Positions 20,207 through 28,320 of a stretch of 64,000 nt of DNA are shown piece by piece (the stretch's first letter is position 1; each line of letters begins with the position of its first letter). The stretch comes from Planctomycetota bacterium. Lineage in GTDB: Bacteria > Planctomycetota > B15-G4. The notes beneath the pieces were generated by a model, which worked only from the letters and a program-made list of their open reading frames with translations, did not search any database and was not told the origin of the DNA. The position numbers and the translations under genes were made by a program. The stretch lies in contig CBDFJQ010000002.1 of the NCBI GenBank assembly GCA_965248575.1, forward strand, positions 1,408,001 to 1,472,000, given 5' to 3'.

Positions 20207-21523
20207 TCACTGCGGCTGGAGGCTCCGGGCCACCCACTCGGTGCGTGCTTCCAAGCTGGCGACGTCGGCTGGCATCCGCAACAACTGGGCCCCCTGAGCG
20301 TGCCGCTCGAGGACGCCTTCGACGATGGTCTGGAACATGAACTGGACCCAACGGTTGGACGAGCGCACACCATCGGCGTGCAAGGGCAACACGCCCCAGG
20401 GCAGCAACACGACCCTGTCCGTCCGTTCCAGCCGCTTGAGCGCGCGCGCCATGAAGCGATCCGTGTCGGCGGCGTCATGATGGAAGCCGTAGTAGATCCA
20501 GAAGGCCGCAAAGTCGGCGGCTGAACGGTCAGCGACGAAACCGTCTGTGGCGGCATCCTCTGCAGCGCACTGCTCGTCCCAGAGTTCGAGCAGCAGACGT
20601 CTCATCCCGCGGTGGTCGAGCTGATGCAGATCCAGACCGGCCTCCAGCCGGGTGCGCATGCCTTCCTCGATGAACGGCAGCCCCAGGCAATCGGCGAGCC
20701 GTCGCCCCAAGGACGTCTTGCCGGTCCCCGCGGAACCGGAGAGCGACAGCCGCACGCCACGTGCGCTCTGCAAGCCGGCCGACAGGTCGTCGAGCGGCGC
20801 CGCGCCGAGCCCAGACTCCCCCATCCACGGCCGCTCCCCCATGCCGCTGAGGACTGCGCCCGCGACTGCCAACTGCAATCGGGTGTGGGAGGCCGCTGGC
20901 GGCGCAAAGCGAAGCGCCTGGTCGAGGGGCAGCCCCAAGGACTCACACAGCACGATGCGGATGACACCGGAATGGGTGACGACGACGAGCTTCGAGTCGT
21001 CGTAGGTCGTCGTGTTCTCCCGCCACCAACTGCCGATGCGCTGCGCGGTGTCCTGCAACGACTCACCGCCCGGAGGTCGCGCGTGAAGATAGTCGTCCCA
21101 ATAGTCGTTGATGGCGTGCCCGAATTCTTCCGTCAGGCTACGCCAGGTGCGCCCTTCCCACTCGCCCATGGACTGCTCGCGCAACTGCGGCGTCGCCTCA
21201 TACGGGACACCCTTCGCTTCCGAGAGGCTTTGGGCAAGCTGCACGCAACGAGACAGGTCGCTGCAGACGATGCGGTCTGGGGCGGCCTCGCAGTTGGCGA
21301 ACCAGCGCACGAGCCGCTCATGCTGTGCCAGACCCTCGGGCGACAAGGCCGCATCCATGTGACCGCGCACGACCCTCTCTCCAAAGCCTTCGACCTCGCC
21401 GTGCCGCAGGAGGTGCACGTTGAGCGCACCCTGGGAAGGCATGACAGACTGAGTGGGCTTGTCGAAGTGCTCTCCGGCCGCGTGACCGCTGCGCGAAATC
21501 GCACTGTCTCGCGCGTCACCCAC
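20207..21523 (-). CDS. Fusion of a histidine phosphatase (CobC/PGM-like) and a P-loop NTPase/kinase domain
   Basis: RHGE, CSDLSRC, LREQSMGEWEG, PPGGES and VTHSGVIR, followed by SGSAGTGKT and ADRSAAD. Start uncertain (GTG 21523 overlapping the upstream stop, or ATG 21442). Confidence 0.85.
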   Translation of the reverse strand: MGDARDSAISRSGHAAGEHFDKPTQSVMPSQGALNVHLLRHGEVEGFGERVVRGHMDAALSPEGLAQHERLVRWFANCEAAPDRIVCSDLSRCVQLAQSLSEAKGVPYEATPQLREQSMGEWEGRTWRSLTEEFGHAINDYWDDYLHARPPGGESLQDTAQRIGSWWRENTTTYDDSKLVVVTHSGVIRIVLCESLGLPLDQALRFAPPAASHTRLQLAVAGAVLSGMGERPWMGESGLGAAPLDDLSAGLQSARGVRLSLSGSAGTGKTSLGRRLADCLGLPFIEEGMRTRLEAGLDLHQLDHRGMRRLLLELWDEQCAAEDAATDGFVADRSAADFAAFWIYYGFHHDAADTDRFMARALKRLERTDRVVLLPWGVLPLHADGVRSSNRWVQFMFQTIVEGVLERHAQGAQLLRMPADVASLEARTEWVARSLQPQ

Positions 21524-22355
21524 CCGGGGACCCACCCTTTGCAGGCTTCTCGCGATTCGCCCATGGCACGACGATCGGCCGCCCGTCCGGGGCCGTACCG
21601 AAGTGCAGGTGCTCACCGTAGACGGGCGTCAGCACTTCGGGCCGCAACACCTCCGCCGGCGGGCCGCGGGTCACCACACGTCCGTTCTGCAGGATCAGCA
21701 CGGACGTGGCGACCTGGCTCGCGAGATTGAGGTCATGGGTCACCAGGATCGCCGAACGTCCCTGGGCAACCTGGGCGGCTATGAGCTGGACAACGCGCAC
21801 CTGGTGTTCGGGGTCGAGCCCCGTGGTGGGCTCGTCGACCAGCAGCACGCGCGCGTCACTCGCCAAGGCACGCCCTAGCAATGCCCGCTGGCGCTGCCCT
21901 CCCGACAGGGTGCTCATGGGCCGGTCGCTTAGCTCCTCGACTTCCGTGGCACGCAGGGCACCCTGAACCGCGTCGCGATCCACTTCGGTAGGCCCGCGCC
22001 AGCGATCGATACGGGCGTAGCGTCCTGCCACCACGAACTGCTCCACGGTTACGTCGGGCAGCGTGTGCAAGGACTGCGGAACCAAGGTGATGCTTTTGGC
22101 GCGCTCGGACAGGGGTAGCGCCTGGAGGTCCCGACCGTCAAAGCTCACCTCTCCCTCATCTGCCTTCAGCAATCCACACAACAGGCGCAAGAGTGTGCTC
22201 TTGCCCGAACCATTCGGCCCGCAGACCACGAGCAACTCTGCAGGACCCAGGTGGAGGTCAACGCACGAGACGGCGCGGACATCACCTGGGTACTCGTAGG
22301 ACAGCCCCATGGCTTGCAACTCGGGAGAATCAGCGCCGACCGCGTCCTTCACCAC
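21516..22355 (-). CDS. ABC transporter ATP-binding protein, cobalamin/iron-chelate (BtuD/FecE) type
   Basis: GPNGSGKST, LSGGQRQR, LLVDEPT and THDLNLA. Confidence 0.93.
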   Translation of the reverse strand: MVKDAVGADSPELQAMGLSYEYPGDVRAVSCVDLHLGPAELLVVCGPNGSGKSTLLRLLCGLLKADEGEVSFDGRDLQALPLSERAKSITLVPQSLHTLPDVTVEQFVVAGRYARIDRWRGPTEVDRDAVQGALRATEVEELSDRPMSTLSGGQRQRALLGRALASDARVLLVDEPTTGLDPEHQVRVVQLIAAQVAQGRSAILVTHDLNLASQVATSVLILQNGRVVTRGPPAEVLRPEVLTPVYGEHLHFGTAPDGRPIVVPWANREKPAKGGSPGG

Positions 22356-23488
22356 TGGTCCACCTCCCGCTTGTAGAAGCTGAGCAGGAACAGGAAGAAT
22401 AGACCGCCCAGGAGCGACATCACGACGCCGGGTCGCAACGCGTGCTCCGCGAGCAGCGCATGATTGAGCAGCTCGATGCTCAGCAGGAAGACCGCACCGC
22501 CGGGCAGCGCCAGGGGAAGCAAGCCCTTGTGACGTCCGCCGCAGAGCATGCGCAAGAGGTGCGGCACCACCAGCCCCAGGAACGCGATCTGTCCGGCCAC
22601 AGCCACGGCTGAGGCCGCTGACAACGCCGCTGCGCCAATGGCCAGCAGACGGACCTTGCGCACATCGACACCCAGGGCGCTCGCGTCCTCTTCACCGCCC
22701 GCGAGGAGATCCAGCTCCCAGGACACGAAGGGGATCACGGCGACGGCCAACGCAAGCCCGCCCCAGACAGTCAGCACGTGGTAGAGCGAGCGATCCGCCA
22801 GCGTTCCGAACGTCCAAGCAAAGATGGCGCGCGAAACCGCCCAGTCGTCCAGAAGCAGGGAGCTCACCAAGGAGAGCACACCTGCGATGCAGGTGTTCAC
22901 GGCAATGCCGGTCAGCAACAGTGTCGGCACCGAGAAGCGCCCGCCACGCGAAGACAGCGTCGCCACCAACAACACGACGGCCACGGAACCCAGGAAGCCA
23001 AAAGCGGGGATCAAGAAGGTCAGCAGGCCGACGTGACGCAGGGACGCCAGCGCCATCTCACTGGAGTCCGAGAGCCCGCTGAGGAAAGCGGGGCCGTAAC
23101 CGCTCATGAGCAGGATCGCGCAGGTCGCCCCGAGCGTGGCACCGCCCGTCACTCCGATCACGGAAGGAGCCGCCAAGCCGTTGCGGAACAAGCCCTGGAT
23201 CAGGACGCCCGAGAAGGCCAGGGCTGCGCCCACGCCCGCCGCGGTCAAGGCTCGCCACAGGCGCAGCTCGACAATAATCTGAGCCTGTCCGTCGAGCGCC
23301 TCGCCCAGACCCAACACCGCGAGGATGCCTTGCAGGGTCTCACCCAGATCCAAGACACCGGTCACGCCGACTCGGACGGACAGCAGCACCAAGACAGGCA
23401 GGGCCACGAGCAAGGTGACGCCCAAGGTGCGGGCCGAAAGCACCGCGCGTGAGCGGCTCAACGGGGGCCCCGCTCCGCGCGCCCCCAC
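22349..23488 (-). CDS. FecCD/BtuC-family ABC permease
   Basis: ELRLWR, QGLFRNGLAAPSVIGV, EEDASALGVDV and GQIAFLGLVVPHLLR. Confidence 0.93.
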   Translation of the reverse strand: MGARGAGPPLSRSRAVLSARTLGVTLLVALPVLVLLSVRVGVTGVLDLGETLQGILAVLGLGEALDGQAQIIVELRLWRALTAAGVGAALAFSGVLIQGLFRNGLAAPSVIGVTGGATLGATCAILLMSGYGPAFLSGLSDSSEMALASLRHVGLLTFLIPAFGFLGSVAVVLLVATLSSRGGRFSVPTLLLTGIAVNTCIAGVLSLVSSLLLDDWAVSRAIFAWTFGTLADRSLYHVLTVWGGLALAVAVIPFVSWELDLLAGGEEDASALGVDVRKVRLLAIGAAALSAASAVAVAGQIAFLGLVVPHLLRMLCGGRHKGLLPLALPGGAVFLLSIELLNHALLAEHALRPGVVMSLLGGLFFLFLLSFYKREVDQW

Positions 23489-24471
23489 TCCGCGGACTGC
23501 TCCAACACCCGCTCAGCAGCGTCGAGCAGGTGGTGCGACAGGGTCGTATAGAGCCAGGAGTCGAGCACGATGATGCGATCCTCGACAACCGCCCGCAGAC
23601 TCGCAAGGGCGGGTTCGGTGCGTAGCAGGCCAGCGGTTCCACCTGCATGCTGCGCCTCCGCCTGGCCACCCACCAACAGGGCGTCGGGATCGAGCACCAG
23701 CAGCTCCTCGAAGGTCAGGGCCGTATGCCCGGCGCGGGGGGCGATATTGCGGAAGCCCGCCAAGCGCAGGATCTCGTCATTGGTCGTCCCTGAGCCCGCT
23801 GCATAGCCCCCAGCACCGCCATTGCTGTAGGCCACGGCAGTCCACTCGGGGCGCCCCGTGGCGGCCTGCTCCAATCGCTCGACTTGCTCCGTGCAGCGCT
23901 CCAACAGGTCGCTGGCGGCCTGCTCGGCCCCCAGCAGCAATCCCAGGCTCCGAACCTGCACCTGCAGGCTGGGCCAGTCCGTTGGGTCCGGCAGGAGCAC
24001 GACCACGACCCCGGCCTCCCGCAGGCGGGCCGTGGTGTCAGCGCTCTGCCAGGGGTAGGCCAGCACCAGGTCCGGCCGCAGCTGCAGCAACCGCTCCGCC
24101 TCATACTGCTGGAACCGAGGGCGGGCCAGATACGGACTGTCGGCATCTCGTAGGCCTGAGTATCGCTCGGAAGACCCAGGGATTCCCGCAACTCGCTCAG
24201 GCGGAATCAGGGCACACACCAGATCAACGCTGCCCGAGGCGGCCGCCACGACAGCCTGAGGTGCCCGCTCCAGATGAAGAGTCTCTCCGCCCGGGAGCGG
24301 GACGTCGCGCGGGAATCCGGATTGGACCGAACCATCCCGGGCTGCGCCCCGAGGCTCGCGCTGCTGCCCCTGCTCGCTGCCCTCGGTCCACAGCAACAGC
24401 AAGGACAAGAGCAGCAAGACGGCGAGCGGGAGCCACCAGCTCGACTTGCGCCTGTTCACTGCACCGGTCAC
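23458..24471 (-). CDS. Periplasmic binding protein, BtuF/FecB (helical-backbone) family
   Basis: N-terminal anchor, FPRDV...PQAVV, ERLLQLRPDLVL, FEELLVLDPDALL and LRAVVEDRII. In an operon with the permease and ATPase. Confidence 0.88.
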   Translation of the reverse strand: MTGAVNRRKSSWWLPLAVLLLLSLLLLWTEGSEQGQQREPRGAARDGSVQSGFPRDVPLPGGETLHLERAPQAVVAAASGSVDLVCALIPPERVAGIPGSSERYSGLRDADSPYLARPRFQQYEAERLLQLRPDLVLAYPWQSADTTARLREAGVVVVLLPDPTDWPSLQVQVRSLGLLLGAEQAASDLLERCTEQVERLEQAATGRPEWTAVAYSNGGAGGYAAGSGTTNDEILRLAGFRNIAPRAGHTALTFEELLVLDPDALLVGGQAEAQHAGGTAGLLRTEPALASLRAVVEDRIIVLDSWLYTTLSHHLLDAAERVLEQSAEWGRAERGPR

Positions 24472-24479
24472 TGCACCGG
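24456..24479. repeat. 12-bp tandem duplication at a stop/start junction
   Basis: tcactgcaccgg occurs twice in tandem. Confidence 0.8.
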
Positions 24480-24893
24480 CTGGTCGAGGACGTCGTGGAT
24501 GGTGTAGCCCGCCAAGCGCGGCTTCCAGAGTTCGAGCAGCTCAAGGTGCAACGGGTGGCTCAGGTAGTCCTTGTAGGCCGCCTGATCGGAGAAGCCCACC
24601 AGCAGCGCGAGGTCATAGTCCCCGTCGACATTGGCACGGCCGGTGTCGAGGTGTTGCCCCGCGGCGTAGGCCACCACGCCGGGGATGGGCACCAGCAGGC
24701 GTTCGCAGTCCGCAAGCAAGGCCTCTGCGTCACTCGCATCGTGCAGCCGGAACGCAACCCAGTGCAGGATGGCTGCAGGGCGAATCGGAGCCCCTTGGCC
24801 TGGCCCACTGCCGCTCTTTGTACAGCCGGCCGCCGGTGCCGCGCAGGCACCGACGGCCGACAGAATCAGCGCTCCCAGGACAAGATCACGCAC
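24468..24893 (-). CDS. Dabb (stress-responsive A/B barrel) family protein with a probable lipoprotein signal
   Basis: ILHWVAFRL, IPGV, YDLALLVGF and YLSHPLH. Lipobox-like AVGAC. GTG 24893 preferred over 24935. Confidence 0.8.
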   Translation of the reverse strand: MRDLVLGALILSAVGACAAPAAGCTKSGSGPGQGAPIRPAAILHWVAFRLHDASDAEALLADCERLLVPIPGVVAYAAGQHLDTGRANVDGDYDLALLVGFSDQAAYKDYLSHPLHLELLELWKPRLAGYTIHDVLDQPVQ

Positions 24894-24946
24894 CCATCGC
24901 AGGGATGGCTGCGCGCCCTGGACAGCGCATCGCAACCCGAAACAGA

Positions 24947-26539
24947 TCAGGGAAGCGTGACCATGATGGCGTTGGACAGCGACACGCCGAACATGGCGGC
25001 CGGGTCGTCGAAGCCGAACTGGATGAAGATGTTCAAGCCAGGCGGGTTCGTGCCCAGGTCCGTCCAGCCCAGGTCGATCTCACCAGCCCCGTCGGTGAAC
25101 AGGTTGAGCGAGAGCACCAAGGGCAGGCCGGGGATCAACTGGCCGCCGAAGAAGTTGGCCGGGGTGTTGGTCAGGGACGCGAAGGCCACCGCCAACTTGC
25201 TGGGCACGGCGTTGCGCACGTGCAACGAGCCGGGGTCACCCGCACCCACACCGCCCGTTCCGTACAGGACGGGGTCGCCGCTCACGCCCGGGTAGGCGTC
25301 GCCGAGACCCAAGAACGGCCCGTCGGGCACCAACTTGTAGATCCGATTGAATTGCAGATCGCACATGTACAACTCGCCGTCGGCATCCTCACCAAAGGCC
25401 GACACGCGGCCGATGGACGTAGCGCCTGGAGGATCCAGCTCGCTCGTGCGCTCGACCGGTGGCGCCGTGAAAACCGTGCCGTCGTACGCGAGGCTGAACA
25501 GCTTGGCCGTCTGGTAGTCGGCGTAGAAGTAGGTGCCGTCCAGATCGGGGATGGCGTCGCCACGGTAGACGTAACCACCTGTGATGGACTGCCCGGTCCC
25601 GTGGGTGTAACCAGCGAAGGGACCGGTGAGTTCGGGAGCGCTGCAGGTGCAACCGCTCAGGCCCGAGCAGATGGCACCTTCCATGCAGCGCCAACCCCAG
25701 TTCACGAAGGTCGCTGCATTGACGTCGGCAACCGCCAGGAAGTCGAGTTCCTCCCGAGCGTTCTGGCCCACATCGCCGATGTACAGGTCATCGGTCTCGC
25801 TGTCGAAGCTGAAGCGCCAGGGGTTGCGCAAGCCGATGTGGATGATTTCATCCAGCAGGTTTGCATCACCCACGCCGGGATTGTCGCCGGGAATGGAGTA
25901 GTTCTTGTTCGGGTCCGCCGGGAAGTCATCACCGTCGACATCCAGGCGCAGCATCTTGCCGAGCAGGTTCAGGCCGAACTGCGCGTTGCCGCCCGACACG
26001 TGGCCACTCCCGGTGTCGTTGAAGTTGCCGCCATCACCGGTGGCGACCCAGAGGTAGCCATTGGGGCCGAAGTTGATCGCGCCACCGTTGTGGTTCGACT
26101 GGGGCTGGCTGAACTCGATCACCGTCTGGGCGCTGCCCGCGAGGGCCAGGTTCGGGTTCACGGTATCGCGCAAATAGCGCACGACCTTCGTCCCGCCACC
26201 GCCCGTGTAGTTCACGTAGAACTGGCGGTTGGACTGGTAGTCCGGGTGAAAGGCCATGCCAAGCAGACCCTGCTCATTGCCACCGGTCGTGACGAGGCCC
26301 GTGAGATCCAGGAACGGAGCGGCGATCTTCACACCGTTCACGATGACGTGGATGTCCGCCGAGTTCTGCTCCACCACGAAGTTGCGGGACGCATCGCCGG
26401 GCGCGGTCAGGAACTGCACCGGGCGAACATAGTCGGCGTAGACGAGCTGGCCCACCAACGGCGTGGACTGCGCGCTGGAGGCGGGGGCAAAGACGGCCAG
26501 GCTAGCGAGGCCAAGCAGGGAGAGGGCAAGGTGCCTCAT
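24947..26539 (-). CDS. Secreted PQQ-dependent soluble glucose/sorbosone dehydrogenase-family beta-propeller with a C-terminal extension
   Basis: Signal peptide from ATG 26539. Motifs EQGLLGMAFHPDY, NHNGGAINFGPNGYL, GLRNPWRFSFD and SITGGYVYRG. Confidence 0.9.
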   Translation of the reverse strand: MRHLALSLLGLASLAVFAPASSAQSTPLVGQLVYADYVRPVQFLTAPGDASRNFVVEQNSADIHVIVNGVKIAAPFLDLTGLVTTGGNEQGLLGMAFHPDYQSNRQFYVNYTGGGGTKVVRYLRDTVNPNLALAGSAQTVIEFSQPQSNHNGGAINFGPNGYLWVATGDGGNFNDTGSGHVSGGNAQFGLNLLGKMLRLDVDGDDFPADPNKNYSIPGDNPGVGDANLLDEIIHIGLRNPWRFSFDSETDDLYIGDVGQNAREELDFLAVADVNAATFVNWGWRCMEGAICSGLSGCTCSAPELTGPFAGYTHGTGQSITGGYVYRGDAIPDLDGTYFYADYQTAKLFSLAYDGTVFTAPPVERTSELDPPGATSIGRVSAFGEDADGELYMCDLQFNRIYKLVPDGPFLGLGDAYPGVSGDPVLYGTGGVGAGDPGSLHVRNAVPSKLAVAFASLTNTPANFFGGQLIPGLPLVLSLNLFTDGAGEIDLGWTDLGTNPPGLNIFIQFGFDDPAAMFGVSLSNAIMVTLP

Positions 26540-26754
26540 GGAGCGATACTCCGCATCGGGATCTGGGAGGAGAGGGCGAGGAGGGCCAGCAGAGGTGGGC
26601 GCGGAGACACGCGCACACAATTGCCGCAAAGCATACCACGCTCTGAGCGGCTGCCCTGGGCGAAAGGAAGCTCACAACGGGGGGCTGAAGGGCCTCTCCG
26701 GCGACCGATCAAATCAAATTACCCGGCTGTCGGGAGGTGGTCATCAAGCCTCAA

Positions 26755-28071
26755 TCAGAAGATGACCTGGTACTGCCCCCGATATTGCATCTCGTCCTTC
26801 TTGCCGGCGCTCTTGTTCACCACCTTGGTGACATCAAAGGTGAACTTGCTGTTGTGCTTGTCGCTGTAGCGCACCAGGGCCAGCGTCGATTCCAGCATGT
26901 CGCTGGCCACGTCGAAGTTCACCTCGGAGCGCCGAAAGACGACCTCATACTTGTTGGGCACGACCATCACACCGACCTGGGCGTTGTAGCCACGGTCGGT
27001 CTGGTTGGGGGCCCCTGCGATGTCCATGCGGCGGCTGAAGTACTCGGACAAGACGGACACTGGCCCCGTCAGGAGTTGCGCTTCAAAACCCATGCTGGTG
27101 TCGCTGGAGCGGCTGTCACCTGCCGTCCCGTCTCCGTCCACATCCTGAGCCTGGTCGTCGTTGCGCATCACCGAAGCACCGATGGCCAGCCGAGTGCTTC
27201 CGTCTTCCACGGTCTGGAAGGAGGAGACGTCCTTCTTCACCTCACCCAGGGGGTTCACCACCACCCTGCCGCCGTAGCGCAAGCCTGAGGCCCCGCTCCC
27301 CGTCTCGCCGCTCGCGTTGGAAATGTTCGTGCCTTCGCCGTTGAACACACCCGCGTAGTACTCGATGAACTTGTCCTCGGTGGCACCGTAGAACATCAGT
27401 CCTGGCTCACGATCGGGGGTAAAGACCCTGGTCGCCCGGGAGCCATCCACCGTGTTGAGCCTCGAGCTCACCATGTGCACTTCGCGTCCGAAGGGGACTT
27501 TCACTTGACCGGCCTTCACGTTCATGCCGTCACCGAGGCCCCAGTTCACCCAGGCGTCGGTCAGGGAGAACGATTTGGCGTCCTTGTTCACCGAGTTCTG
27601 CGTGGCCGCATCAAACTCGATCTTGTAGGTGGTGTTGTCGCCGCCCGCCTTGCCGAACAAGGCCAGGCGCCCACGACGCAGGCTGATGTTGGTTTCATCG
27701 GCTGCGCGGTTCCCGCTCTCACCCTCATTGACGTCCGCCTGGATCTGCAGCCGGCCCTTGAAGCCCATGGACCACTGACCGTCCTCGGACTCCACCTTGA
27801 ACTTGCCGGGCTTTCCGCCGCTGGCCGAAATGTCGGGAGCCTGCATGCGGCGCAAGCGCGCCTCGAGCAGGTCGAGTTCGCGAGCCTTCTGGCTCTCCGT
27901 CTCGGCGAGCCCCATGAGCTCCTCGTAGGTGGCTGCATCGATGATGCCGCGCTCCAGCAGGATGTCCAGGATCGCGACTTCCACTGTGTTCGTGTCGTCA
28001 TCCCGAGCCATCACGGCGGTGGCGGGGAAGAGCAATGCAGCAAGCAGGAACCAGCGAATCGAGCCCACCAT
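26755..28071 (-). CDS. Outer-membrane porin, OprO/OprP-like
   Basis: Signal peptide, LRRGRL, LTDAWVN, GQVKVPFGRE, DREPG, alternating beta-strand pattern and terminal YQVIF (C-terminal Phe). Confidence 0.82.
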   Translation of the reverse strand: MVGSIRWFLLAALLFPATAVMARDDDTNTVEVAILDILLERGIIDAATYEELMGLAETESQKARELDLLEARLRRMQAPDISASGGKPGKFKVESEDGQWSMGFKGRLQIQADVNEGESGNRAADETNISLRRGRLALFGKAGGDNTTYKIEFDAATQNSVNKDAKSFSLTDAWVNWGLGDGMNVKAGQVKVPFGREVHMVSSRLNTVDGSRATRVFTPDREPGLMFYGATEDKFIEYYAGVFNGEGTNISNASGETGSGASGLRYGGRVVVNPLGEVKKDVSSFQTVEDGSTRLAIGASVMRNDDQAQDVDGDGTAGDSRSSDTSMGFEAQLLTGPVSVLSEYFSRRMDIAGAPNQTDRGYNAQVGVMVVPNKYEVVFRRSEVNFDVASDMLESTLALVRYSDKHNSKFTFDVTKVVNKSAGKKDEMQYRGQYQVIF

Positions 28072-28320
28072 GGCAGGTCTCCGGAAGTGAAGGTGGTATG
28101 AGGAACTCTGTACGTGCCGGGAGTCATCTCATCCCATTGTGAGGATTGCGTTCAAAGGGATGGGATGTCCGGAAAGCACTCCCGGAACCCCCGTGGAAAA
28201 CGCGGAACACCGTCCAGATTGGCGCACGCTCACCTCAACGCGTTGGAGACGATGGCCGCAGCAAAGCAGGCGCCCCCCTCCCGCCTCAAGCCTCAGCCTG
28301 CAATTGTCGAACAACAGAAC

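Noticed and set aside
28069..28210. Canonical cobalamin riboswitch upstream of the porin and B12-type ABC genes
   Set aside because: Only the GAGACCTGCC tail matches. I could not find the conserved core (GGGAA, CCCGCxACTGT, GCCACTG), so it is kept only as an unassigned structured leader.
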